Virus record (IMG/VR): IMGVR_UViG_3300045988_137032
Location: 96,001 to 160,000 of that record
Source of the DNA: a virus
Direction: 5' to 3' (one strand)
Length of the DNA: 64,000 nucleotides
This document shows positions 35,555-44,522 of this stretch, piece after piece. Both the position numbers and the translations under genes were made by a program. Position 1 is the stretch's first letter, and each line of letters begins with the position of its first letter. The notes under the pieces are model-generated. The model was not told the DNA's origin. It worked only from the letters and a program-made list of their open reading frames with translations, and ran no database searches.

Positions 35555-36905
35555 TAAGCGTCTCTATGAAGAGTATACTGATATGGTCCAAAGGCTGTAT
35601 AAGAAAGACTTTGTTCTCAGCGGAGCATTATCAGCATTGAAAATTTGCAGATATGTGACTTTTCAGATTACGAATGCTTGCAATCTTCGGTGTTCTTATT
35701 GCTATGAGCATAATAAGAACTGTGGAGCCATGAGCCTTGATACAGCCAAGAAAGTCGTCGACTATATTCTTGACTTGTATGCTGACAACACATCTGATTT
35801 CATCTCTCAGCAAACAAAGGGTGTTGTTCTTGATTTTATCGGCGGAGAGCCTCTTCTGGAAGCTGAACTGATTGAGCATATTTGCGACTATTGGTTCGAG
35901 CAGTGCTATAAAAGAGACATTCCTCTCGGCCCGTTTACAAGAATCTCGTTTGCTACAAATGGTAAGGCTTGGTTTGAGCCTGCATCCATGCATTTATTTG
36001 AAAAATACCATGATATCATGTCGGTCACAGTATCTATTGATGGTGTTCAAGAACTTCATGATATGTACCGTGTTGACAGTAATGGCGTTGGAAGTTTTGA
36101 AATGGCTTGGCGAGCTTTTCAAGATGCAAAAGCTCGATATGGCTGGCTTAATTCCAAGATGACATTTGTTCCCGGATCAATCAAATATTTATACTCCAGT
36201 GTGAAAATGATGATTGATGAAGGGTGCACTTATATTCATGGTAATTGTGCATATGAGCCCATGTATACAAATGAAGATGGGAAAAACTTGTATAACGAGC
36301 TTAAGAGACTTGCCAATTATATCATAGATGAGCATCCGGATGTATTCTTTGCAATGTTTAATCCAGATGAATATGGTGAAGCAGTCGATTTAGTGCATGA
36401 TGATAACAACTACTGTGGTGGTACGGGAAATATGCTATCATTTGCTCCGGACGGCAAAGCATATCCATGTATCAGATACGCTCCCATTTCTATCGGAAAT
36501 GAGAAAGCAGCCAAAGTATGCTTTGGCGATGTCAATAATGGTGGACTATACGCAACCGAAGAACAACGCAAAATTAAGCGTGAGTTGGATGCTATCACCC
36601 TGACATCGCAATCTACAGACGAATGTATCAATTGCCCTGTATCCAAAGGATGTGGATGGTGCTCTGGATATAATTACGAAAAATATGGTACTGCAAATAA
36701 GAGATATACTGGAATTTGCAAAGCACACAAAGGCAATGTCCTTGCTGTGTACTATTATGTGAACACTCGGTATCTTAAACTTGGCGATACGGAACCGAAG
36801 AAGATTAAACTGCCTTATGATGAGGTAGTAGAAATTCTCGGTAAAGAAGAAGCTGACAATCTTTTCGCCCTTGAAAAGGAAGCTTTTTCTCACTACGAAA
36901 TGTAA
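35541..36905 (+). CDS. radical SAM enzyme with SPASM-type C-terminal Cys clusters (peptide maturase-like)
   Basis: CNLRCSYC (CxxxCxxC), GGEPLL and C-terminal CGGTG...PCIRY...CINCPVSKGCGWCSG...CKAHKG. Confidence 0.8.
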   Translation: MKKRNKRLYEEYTDMVQRLYKKDFVLSGALSALKICRYVTFQITNACNLRCSYCYEHNKNCGAMSLDTAKKVVDYILDLYADNTSDFISQQTKGVVLDFIGGEPLLEAELIEHICDYWFEQCYKRDIPLGPFTRISFATNGKAWFEPASMHLFEKYHDIMSVTVSIDGVQELHDMYRVDSNGVGSFEMAWRAFQDAKARYGWLNSKMTFVPGSIKYLYSSVKMMIDEGCTYIHGNCAYEPMYTNEDGKNLYNELKRLANYIIDEHPDVFFAMFNPDEYGEAVDLVHDDNNYCGGTGNMLSFAPDGKAYPCIRYAPISIGNEKAAKVCFGDVNNGGLYATEEQRKIKRELDAITLTSQSTDECINCPVSKGCGWCSGYNYEKYGTANKRYTGICKAHKGNVLAVYYYVNTRYLKLGDTEPKKIKLPYDEVVEILGKEEADNLFALEKEAFSHYEM

Positions 36906-36908
36906 AAG

Positions 36909-37000
36909 AATAAGCACACAAGCTGTGATTTTATATCCGGCTTGTGTGCTTATTTTTTCATATCATAGTAGACGGTTAAATATGAAAGGATGTGTTTACC
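36909..37000. repeat. right copy of the perfect 92-bp inverted repeat
   Basis: Reverse complement of 30618-30709. Contains the terminator hairpin 36909-36954 (AATAAGCACACAAGC/GCTTGTGTGCTTATT followed by TTTTT). Confidence 0.9.
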
Positions 37001-37282
37001 ATGGCAAAAATTTATTCTGTATTTACTTTGATTGGTGGTTATGGCCCTGAGATAGAATCATCCTATTTTGATCATGATAGAGCAGTCAATCATCTTTATG
37101 AACTTTGCGATTACTATAATGAAGAAATGCGGAATGATCATGTACCGGCTGCTGAATGTCATGAGCCGTATGAAGTTGATGAAGAGACTGAGAAGATATT
37201 TTACCCAATAAAATATAAAGATTATCCTAAGCTTAAGCATATGATTATTACAGCATGGATTAGAGAATTGGAGGTTCAATAA
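37001..37282 (+). CDS. MK(V/A)Y(A/V)I-family protein; paralog of 30342..30617
   Basis: MAKIYSVFTLIGGYGPEIESSYFDHDRAV...EPYEVDEETEKIFYPIKYKDYPKLKHMII. Confidence 0.65.
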   Translation: MAKIYSVFTLIGGYGPEIESSYFDHDRAVNHLYELCDYYNEEMRNDHVPAAECHEPYEVDEETEKIFYPIKYKDYPKLKHMIITAWIRELEVQ

Positions 37283-37284
37283 TT

Positions 37285-37560
37285 ATGAAAGTTTATGCTA
37301 TTATTTCCACTTATGCATCAAATCCTGAAGCTGAGCTTGAATCTATTGCTTATTCTAGTAGAGAGAAAGCGATTGCGTATTTGTATTCATTATGTGATAA
37401 ATATAATGCATGGTGTAGAAAATCATCTTATCCAGAGCAGCGTACTCGGATATATGAAGTTGATGAAATTAACGGCGCCATCTATTATAAATACATTGAC
37501 TCTTTAAATCGTGTTTCTCGTATTGATGAAACATGGATTAAAGAATTAGAGGTAGAATAA
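37285..37560 (+). CDS. MK(V/A)Y(A/V)I-family protein
   Basis: MKVYAIISTYA...YSSREKAIAYLYSL. GGAGG SD. Confidence 0.65.
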   Translation: MKVYAIISTYASNPEAELESIAYSSREKAIAYLYSLCDKYNAWCRKSSYPEQRTRIYEVDEINGAIYYKYIDSLNRVSRIDETWIKELEVE

Positions 37561-37562
37561 TT

Positions 37563-37916
37563 ATGAAAATTTATGTTATCGTATGTAGAAATAACTATTC
37601 CACGTGGATAGATGATAAAACCTTTACTGAAGAAGCAGAAGCATTCCTATATGCTTACCGTTCAATTTCAAGTCCCGTAATGTGGAAAGTATGTCCGATT
37701 AATGTTGATATCTCTAATGAGATGAGTGTTTCTGACACACTACTTGGACAAAATAAGGATGTCTAGATTGAAATTCTCTATGACCCAAGAAACCACTTAG
37801 GTACTAGGCATGTTATCTCTCCTTCTCATATAAAGTATTATGCGCTTCCTACAGAGCAAGGTGATATAAATAACCTTAAAAGAGGATTAATACGTCGTAT
37901 TTATCAAGGGCTTTAA
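37563..37916 (+). pseudogene. MK(V/A)Y(A/V)I-family gene interrupted by an in-frame TAG (37764-37766)
   Basis: MKIYVIVCRNN...WKVCPINVDI...GQNKDV*IEILYDPRNHLG...ISP aligns across the stop with 26711..27184 (...TRNIWIEILYDTRYLG...ISP). The TAG sits at the W position. Confidence 0.6.
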
Positions 37917-37992
37917 ACGCTTGATGATGCGCATACGATAAAGATCATTATCTGAAAACACCAAATTAACGTAGAGAGAGAAAGGAGGAAAT

Positions 37993-38544
37993 ATGATGGA
38001 AATAAAAGAAGCCATTGTGGAAGCTTGTAGTAATAGTCTCATTACTGCAACAGAAGCAATGCAGTTATTTTCCATTATAACGGAATCCGAAGTAAGTGAA
38101 GTTGATAAAGACTTTAAACCAAAAGAAAGTATGAAATTATCATCTTTTCAGAAAATCCATATTACAGAATCCATCACAGAAGAATACAAAAGTAAATATC
38201 CGGATCTAAAGCATGTAAGATGCAAAGATACGGATACATACAAGTGTGATGGATATATGTGGATGGACGGAGAAAATCTAGTATGCCATGTAGGATCATG
38301 TGAATACTTGGATGATAAAACAAAATGGATCGTATCGTTAGAAATAACGAAAAACTATAAAGGTCATGGATTATCAAAACAACTGATTGATTATGCTGTG
38401 AAGAATATGAAATGCAAATATCTATCAGTGGATAAGAGCAATAAACTCGCAAAGATGATCTATGACGAATATGGGTTTAAAGTATATCAAGAAGACAAGA
38501 AAATGTATTATATGACACTGGATAAAAATCCAGTAAAATCATGA
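37993..38544 (+). CDS. GNAT-type acetyltransferase with capsid-targeting-like N-terminal leader
   Basis: Leader MMEIKEAIVEA. GNAT motif A-like NYKGHGLSKQLIDYAV...MIYDEYGFKV. Confidence 0.6.
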   Translation: MMEIKEAIVEACSNSLITATEAMQLFSIITESEVSEVDKDFKPKESMKLSSFQKIHITESITEEYKSKYPDLKHVRCKDTDTYKCDGYMWMDGENLVCHVGSCEYLDDKTKWIVSLEITKNYKGHGLSKQLIDYAVKNMKCKYLSVDKSNKLAKMIYDEYGFKVYQEDKKMYYMTLDKNPVKS

Positions 38545-38565
38545 TGAAAGGAGAATATAGCATAT

Positions 38566-39648
38566 ATGGATTGGATGAAATTACAACTTTCTATTTATGA
38601 AAGTTATTCCAATGGTGATATTACAAAAGACGCATGCGATAGTCTTATCAATTCCATCTATAATAAGATTGGTGATAGTATCGTTGAAGAAGCAGAAAAT
38701 GCTGAAAACGAATTCATCAATACTTCACTTAACGTGCTTACTGAAAATACTCATGATAGCAATTTACTTATGGAAGCAGCTAATACGTTCGCTGATAAAG
38801 TAAAAGCATTATGGGAAAAATTTAAAGCGTGGCTGAAAGCTTTAATTAATAGGCTATTTGGCAGAAAAGAAAAACCTTCCGGGAAAGTAAATGGTCCGAA
38901 AGGTTTAATGAATGCTTTAAATACGCTGAAATCGAAAGTGAAATCACTGAAAGGTGCTACTGGAGCTAAGGTAGCAGTAGCTATCGGTGGTATTGCAGTT
39001 TCTATCGCTGGTGTAAAGAAAGTTCTCAGCAACAAAGGCGATACAGAAGAAGTAGATGCTAATGCTGTAGATAAATCTTGTAAAGATATCATGGATGGTT
39101 GCCAATCAGTATCTGAAGATCAATCCAAAAAAAAAGGTACTGTGGATAAAGAGAATCCTGTATCAAAAGTTATCAAAGCACTCCGTGATACTGCATCATT
39201 AATTGGAAGTGTTGTGAGTGGATTGATCCATCGCAAGGCTTCCAATCAAACTGAAAATAAAGCGTCAAATAATCCAGTTCTTAGTAAAGAATTTATGGAC
39301 GCAATCAATAAGAAAGATAATCTTGCTGTAAAGATTATGATTAAGGATGCTATTGTTTTTGATGCCACAGACACAAAAGGGATTCGTAGTGTTCCTCCTA
39401 TGCTTTCAGAAGCTAAGAAGAGTACTCCTGAAATTTTTGACAACCAAGAAAAATTCGATGATATGACAGATGATAAGTCCAAATGGACAATGGATTATAT
39501 GAATTTGCATCTTGTGAAATTGATGAGTGGTAACTTCACGGAAGAGAATATTCATTATCTTGAAAAAGTTGCTAAAATAGCGATGAATAATAATTCTAAG
39601 AAAGATACTACATCAAAATCTTCTGATAATGATAAAGAAAGGGGATAG
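38566..39648 (+). CDS. leader-bearing putative internal head/ejection protein (type I leader)
   Basis: MDWMKLQLSIYES, LLMEAANTFADKVKALWEKFKAWLKALI, hydrophobic helix AKVAVAIGGIAVSIAGV. Ends with TAG. Confidence 0.45.
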   Translation: MDWMKLQLSIYESYSNGDITKDACDSLINSIYNKIGDSIVEEAENAENEFINTSLNVLTENTHDSNLLMEAANTFADKVKALWEKFKAWLKALINRLFGRKEKPSGKVNGPKGLMNALNTLKSKVKSLKGATGAKVAVAIGGIAVSIAGVKKVLSNKGDTEEVDANAVDKSCKDIMDGCQSVSEDQSKKKGTVDKENPVSKVIKALRDTASLIGSVVSGLIHRKASNQTENKASNNPVLSKEFMDAINKKDNLAVKIMIKDAIVFDATDTKGIRSVPPMLSEAKKSTPEIFDNQEKFDDMTDDKSKWTMDYMNLHLVKLMSGNFTEENIHYLEKVAKIAMNNNSKKDTTSKSSDNDKERG

Positions 39649-39653
39649 GAAAA

Positions 39654-40685
39654 ATGACAAATTTACAGCACGCTATTATGGAAGCTTCCAATTCAGATCT
39701 CATCTCATTTGAAAATGCATCAATGATGCTTACTATGTATGAGTCTGATGGTGAAGAAAAGGACACTATGGCCGATAAGATTAAAAAAGCTTGGGAGGCA
39801 TTTAAGAAATGGCTTCGTGACCTTATCAATAAGCTTACTGGTAAAAAGATTAACGACCGTGAGGTTAAAGTTCAGGAGCATAAGTGGAATGCTCTTAACA
39901 AATGCGCAAGCTATGTCAACAAAGCAGCGTCTAAGAATTTTACTGATGAAGATTCTGATGATGATCCTGTGATTGATAATCTTTTCATTGCATCAGAGTA
40001 TTTTACTGCAAAGACAGCAATTTCTCAGAAGATGGCAACTGTTACAGTCCAAGAGGTTCATGATCTGACAGTTAAAATTCATAAAGATCTTGATAAGATC
40101 ACTGAGAAAGCTGAAAATGGTACTCAAACACAGAAGAAGACCACAATGATGTATGTGCGGAAGATTTCCAATAACGTAACCTCTATTGAGAATCAGTGCA
40201 CGTCTTCTGATCATGCAAACTATGACACTGCTATTAAGCGTGCTTATCAGGATTATTTCGATAAGAATGTCAAGGACTATATGTACGTGCTGAATCTTCA
40301 GCTGATGTGCTCTAATGAGGGTCGCCCTGAAGATGACGATGGCCGATATGATTCGAAAGCCGACGCATATCGAGATTTCTGTCAGTCAATTAAAGCAAGA
40401 ATTGACGCTGAGTATTACAGAATTTCCAGAAATCCCGATATTGCAACTACCGAGGAAGAGAAGGCTAAACTACAAAAGGATCTTGAAGCTGGCAATGTGT
40501 CCGGCTATGCTGGTGATGTAATAAATCTTGCTAAGTTTGTTGGTAAGTGCTGCTCTCAGGTTAAAGCAAATAATTCTAGTAGCCTGAAGACAAAGTCTGG
40601 TAAGATTTATGATGAATATCATAAGATTATCAATTATCTTGCCTTCGAGATGAGATGGTGCAGGAATGCCAGACTGACTCACTAA
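39654..40685 (+). CDS. leader-bearing putative internal head/ejection protein (type II leader)
   Basis: MTNLQHAIMEAS...MYESD...ADKIKKAWEAFKKWLRDLI. Confidence 0.45.
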   Translation: MTNLQHAIMEASNSDLISFENASMMLTMYESDGEEKDTMADKIKKAWEAFKKWLRDLINKLTGKKINDREVKVQEHKWNALNKCASYVNKAASKNFTDEDSDDDPVIDNLFIASEYFTAKTAISQKMATVTVQEVHDLTVKIHKDLDKITEKAENGTQTQKKTTMMYVRKISNNVTSIENQCTSSDHANYDTAIKRAYQDYFDKNVKDYMYVLNLQLMCSNEGRPEDDDGRYDSKADAYRDFCQSIKARIDAEYYRISRNPDIATTEEEKAKLQKDLEAGNVSGYAGDVINLAKFVGKCCSQVKANNSSSLKTKSGKIYDEYHKIINYLAFEMRWCRNARLTH

Positions 40686-40697
40686 CAACTTATTTAA

Positions 40698-40741
40698 AAA
40701 TACACGTCTTATTAGTGATAATACTAATAAGACGTGTATTT
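40698..40741. terminator. bidirectional terminator between convergent family members
   Basis: Perfect 19-bp stem AAATACACGTCTTATTAGT/ACTAATAAGACGTGTATTT with flanking A and T runs. Confidence 0.75.
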
Positions 40742-40746
40742 TTTAA

Positions 40747-41616
40747 TTAAGAACGGACAACAAGATCTTTACCATTTCCAATAATACGATGACCGTTTTT
40801 ATCGAAAACGTCTGTTTCCGGATTTACGTATACTCGTTCAACAGGAACTGGTTTATTACTAAAAACACTCGGAAGAGATTCCACCCAAACAAGAATCCGA
40901 TGGAGAGTTCGAATCAGCTTACCTGTATTGGTTTGATCGCAATAATGTTGCTCAAGAGTAGAAATGATCTTATTGATACTCTTCTTGATGGTATCCACAA
41001 TACCAATCAGAGCAGCAACACCAACAAGCACCATGCCTTTCGAAATACGAACGGCATCAACTCCTGCAGACACTGTAGTCCAACCGATCATACCGCACTG
41101 AACCACAATCTCCAAAAGGTTTTTATACCAGGCTTCATCATCAATTGAACGTTTTGCTTTCTTGATATCCTTAGCAGATGGACTATCATTCGGATAAAAG
41201 AATTGAGTTACCTTAGCCGAAATATCAATAAGACTCTTATCAATATTTTTCAGAAGATCAACTGCTGCTTTCGGGAGAGAAACCTTTTCTTCACGCTTAC
41301 GTGCGCCAAGCTTTGTAAGAAGTTTGTCCCAAAGTTCAGATACCCATTTCTTAAACTTCGCAAGTGCATTGGAAACCTTCTGGCCGAAAGTTTCTGCTTT
41401 CTTTTCAAAATATGCACATGCAGCATCACCGTTTGCATAGTCGATAGCAGTCTCAATGAAAGTGGATTCTGCAAGATTCATTTCTGAAATAGCTTCTTCC
41501 ATATATGAAGATGATTCAGAATCAATCATATTCATAAGATCAAGTGCTGCCTCTGATGAAATAGATCCATCAGATGCGCCCTCATAAATCATAGATTTCA
41601 AATCATAAAAATCCAT
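40747..41616 (-). CDS. leader-bearing putative internal head/ejection protein (type I leader)
   Basis: MDFYDLKSMIYEG...ETFGQKVSNALAKFKKWVSELW. Hydrophobic helices near the C-terminus. Confidence 0.45.
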   Translation of the reverse strand: MDFYDLKSMIYEGASDGSISSEAALDLMNMIDSESSSYMEEAISEMNLAESTFIETAIDYANGDAACAYFEKKAETFGQKVSNALAKFKKWVSELWDKLLTKLGARKREEKVSLPKAAVDLLKNIDKSLIDISAKVTQFFYPNDSPSAKDIKKAKRSIDDEAWYKNLLEIVVQCGMIGWTTVSAGVDAVRISKGMVLVGVAALIGIVDTIKKSINKIISTLEQHYCDQTNTGKLIRTLHRILVWVESLPSVFSNKPVPVERVYVNPETDVFDKNGHRIIGNGKDLVVRS

Positions 41617-41677
41617 AATTATATATCTCCTTTCTAGTTTAAATATATTAAGACGCTTATATTGATGTTTTCTGATA

Positions 41678-41719
41678 AAAATGACTGAGAATAATTGGTT
41701 TTATTATTCTCAGTCATTT
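41678..41719 (-). terminator. terminator after 41726..43129
   Basis: AAATGACTGAGAATAAT/ATTATTCTCAGTCATTT stem with T-runs in both directions. Confidence 0.65.
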
Positions 41720-41725
41720 TTTTAG

Positions 41726-43129
41726 TTAAGACCAATTACGAGTCCTGAAAGTCTTCTGCATAACACAACCTTCATACCCACAAAGCATAGCGCGAGCAAT
41801 CTGGAGATCATCAACACACTTTACAATACCTTTGATTGCATCTAAATCATATTTCACATGGTTCTGGTTTTCAATATATCTGTATTTTTCAACAGCATCA
41901 GTTGCTTTCTTAGCGCGAGCAATCAATTCTTTTCCGAGATTGCACACATCACCAGACCCTTTCCTAAGATCCGCAGCATACCTATCAAAACTCGGGTCAC
42001 TGCTACCATAGAAATTTTCGTCGGTTTTATAATAAATCCCTTTAATCAGCTTTTCGCAATTATTATATGCACTCTGTACGAGTTTGGAATCGCTTTGCCA
42101 TTTTCCATACTGCTTTAAATATTCACCATAGAATGGTTTATTAGGATCCTGCCGTGACATCAATCTAAGATATTTATGGCAATCACCAATAGAAGCGTCA
42201 ACCGACTCATATACACCGTCAAAGTCAATACTCTTAAGGAATTCCTTTGCAGCAATACGTGCCTCTTTAGAAACCTTAGCGTCAGCAGCCTTACCAGCTT
42301 CCGTACTCATAGGAAGCATGAGAACAACTGCGTTACTTACAGCATCTGCTACAGATGCAGCAGCCTGAACAGCAGAAACAGCTGCAGAAGGAGAAGGCTT
42401 ATTATCTTCTTCTTTCTTCGCTGCGTTATTCGGTGCCTGAACAGGTGTGTCCGTCTTGTTATCATGAAGAACTGTCCTACTATCACGGCGAGCAAGATCT
42501 TCATAAGTCTTCGGAGTATGGTTTGAACTTTCTTCAGAAATAGGCTTTGCCGCGTCTGAATCAGCTACAGCGCTCGATGCCTGTGCAATCTCACCAGAAA
42601 TCTCAATGATTCTCACAGGCTCAACTTCTTCAGTAGGACCTTCAACTTTCTTGGAAGGCTTCAGCTTCTTAACGATCGCAACTGCGCCAACAACAGCTGC
42701 CAGCGCGGAAGCAATAGCAACTGCACCTTTAGCGCCCTTAAGCTTATTAAGACCATTCTTAAGCTGTTCAAGAGCCTTCATAAGTCCCTTAGGAACTTTA
42801 ATCTTACCCTTCTTAGCCTTCTTGGATCTGCCAGTGATCTTGTCGATAATACCTTTGACCCACTTCTTAAACTTTTCCCAAAGAGCACGAACCTTATCAC
42901 CGAAGGTCTTAGCTGCTTCAACAACGATATCGGTATCAATGCTTGCTGCCGACTCCATGATATTCATAGTAGAATCAATGAATTCGGTTTCAGCATGCCG
43001 CATTTCACTTACGATATCTTCGCCACGCTTGTTGTCGATGCTACAAATCATCGACTCACAGACAGCTTCTGAGATATCACCACATTCACATCTCTCATAG
43101 AGAGATAACTTAAGAGTATAATAATCCAT
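41726..43129 (-). CDS. leader-bearing putative internal head/ejection protein (type I leader)
   Basis: MDYYTLKLSLYER...IVVEAAKTFGDKVRALWEKFKKWVKGII...AVAIASALAAVVGAVAIV. Confidence 0.45.
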   Translation of the reverse strand: MDYYTLKLSLYERCECGDISEAVCESMICSIDNKRGEDIVSEMRHAETEFIDSTMNIMESAASIDTDIVVEAAKTFGDKVRALWEKFKKWVKGIIDKITGRSKKAKKGKIKVPKGLMKALEQLKNGLNKLKGAKGAVAIASALAAVVGAVAIVKKLKPSKKVEGPTEEVEPVRIIEISGEIAQASSAVADSDAAKPISEESSNHTPKTYEDLARRDSRTVLHDNKTDTPVQAPNNAAKKEEDNKPSPSAAVSAVQAAASVADAVSNAVVLMLPMSTEAGKAADAKVSKEARIAAKEFLKSIDFDGVYESVDASIGDCHKYLRLMSRQDPNKPFYGEYLKQYGKWQSDSKLVQSAYNNCEKLIKGIYYKTDENFYGSSDPSFDRYAADLRKGSGDVCNLGKELIARAKKATDAVEKYRYIENQNHVKYDLDAIKGIVKCVDDLQIARAMLCGYEGCVMQKTFRTRNWS

Positions 43130-43150
43130 AGTTAATTTACCTCATTTCTA

Positions 43151-44392
43151 TTACATCAGTCCACGAGATTTACATACAGACTTCAAAGATTTGATCTGTC
43201 TAGCATATGCGTCAACTTCACGCTTATACTTTGTATAACGCGTCGCTTTATTTGCTTCCTTATCGCCAAGATCCATATCCTTCGACTGCTTATAGAATTC
43301 CTCGATAAAGGTATCTGCAGAATCAAAACAATGAGAGATAATAATCTTTTTCGTTGAATCCGAGATGTTCTTATCATTCATAAGACGAGTAATGTTTGCA
43401 ATACTCTTACGGATAACAGGGCCGCTGTATGTATATACAGAAAGGAACGATTGGACCATGGTGTCAGACCACTTTTTATACTCAGGACTATTCCGTTCGA
43501 ACTTCATGACAGCGTTCTTATATTTATTTCCCATCAAGGTGAGATCCACAATGAATTTGCTATGGATCGCCATGACCTTGTCATATTCATCATTCAGCTT
43601 CATGTACTTAGCCAGTTCAGCATTATATTCTGATGTGCCGGTTTTGTATTTCGACATTTCGCTATTGACTTCAGACATTTTACTTTCGAGATCATTGCAC
43701 TTAGCATAATTTCCGCTATCATTATATTTTTTAATGAAAGCATCCATCTTTTGCTTAATAGACTCGGCTTCAGAACCAATAGGTTTTTCACCAGCTTGTG
43801 CAGCGTTCATTTGATTGATCATATAATTAGTAATGCCTTTGCGCTCGTCTTCGGTTTCAGCTAAAACGATACTAGCAATAGCACTATTGCACAGCGAAAT
43901 AATTGGACGAAGAATCTTGATAATCTTACTATCACCATTCTTCGCTTCCAGATCATTCAGTTTACCTTCAATTTTAAGAAGGTTATCTTTAATGCCAGAA
44001 ACGATATCATCACTATATGCAACGACCATTGCCGTAGTAAAAGCAAAAGTTGAAATACCGATAGTTGACAGGGTTTCCAGCTGTTCGGAATCATAGGGAG
44101 GCTTAAGATACTTAATGACATCATCAGTAAGTTTCTTAACCTTCTTCAGATCATAACGAACACGAGTTTTGATATCACCCTTACCAGTCAATTTCAGCTT
44201 TACTTCCGAAATCTTATTCTGGATTTTTACAACGATATCATGGACCCACTTCTTAAAAGCTTCCCATGCTTTCTTCAGTTTTTCTGCAAATGATTCAGAC
44301 TCATACATCATCGAAATCATCTGGTTTGCTTCAGAAATACTAATCAATCCTGAACTTGATGATTCAAGGATTGTGCATTGTAAATCAGTCAT
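43151..44392 (-). CDS. leader-bearing putative internal head/ejection protein (type II leader)
   Basis: MTDLQCTILESS...MYESESFAEKLKKAWEAFKKWVHDIV. Confidence 0.45.
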   Translation of the reverse strand: MTDLQCTILESSSSGLISISEANQMISMMYESESFAEKLKKAWEAFKKWVHDIVVKIQNKISEVKLKLTGKGDIKTRVRYDLKKVKKLTDDVIKYLKPPYDSEQLETLSTIGISTFAFTTAMVVAYSDDIVSGIKDNLLKIEGKLNDLEAKNGDSKIIKILRPIISLCNSAIASIVLAETEDERKGITNYMINQMNAAQAGEKPIGSEAESIKQKMDAFIKKYNDSGNYAKCNDLESKMSEVNSEMSKYKTGTSEYNAELAKYMKLNDEYDKVMAIHSKFIVDLTLMGNKYKNAVMKFERNSPEYKKWSDTMVQSFLSVYTYSGPVIRKSIANITRLMNDKNISDSTKKIIISHCFDSADTFIEEFYKQSKDMDLGDKEANKATRYTKYKREVDAYARQIKSLKSVCKSRGLM

Positions 44393-44477
44393 GTTATAAC
44401 CCCTTTCTTATAGATTAAAGCGTTATAAACCTGTTTTCACTATACAACCAGGATTAAATGTAAAAAATCGTTTTTAT

Positions 44478-44519
44478 GAAAGGAGAGTTACCCATACTAA
44501 AATAGGTAACTCTCCTTTC
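44478..44519 (-). terminator. hairpin after 44523..45239
   Basis: Perfect 15-bp stem GAAAGGAGAGTTACC/GGTAACTCTCCTTTC. Confidence 0.55.
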
Positions 44520-44522
44520 ATA

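Noticed and set aside
30710-36908. A classical invertase-driven invertible segment (Mu G / P1 C type)
   Set aside because: No serine or tyrosine recombinase gene lies in or next to the segment. Inversion would not swap fibre C-termini because both IR copies are intergenic. The idea is kept only as a homologous-recombination possibility in the findings.
37764-37766. Genome-wide TAG reassignment, as in some gut phages
   Set aside because: TAG ends 38566..39648 at 39646-39648 and is immediately followed by the SD and ATG of the next gene. Standard-code ORFs fill the window, and no CUA-anticodon tRNA is seen. A single nonsense mutation is more economical.
39127-39135. Other homopolymer A-runs inside CDSs (for example A9 near 39127 and A8 near 53066), considered as further slippery sites
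   Set aside because: The reading frames continue normally through them, so there is no evidence of shifting.
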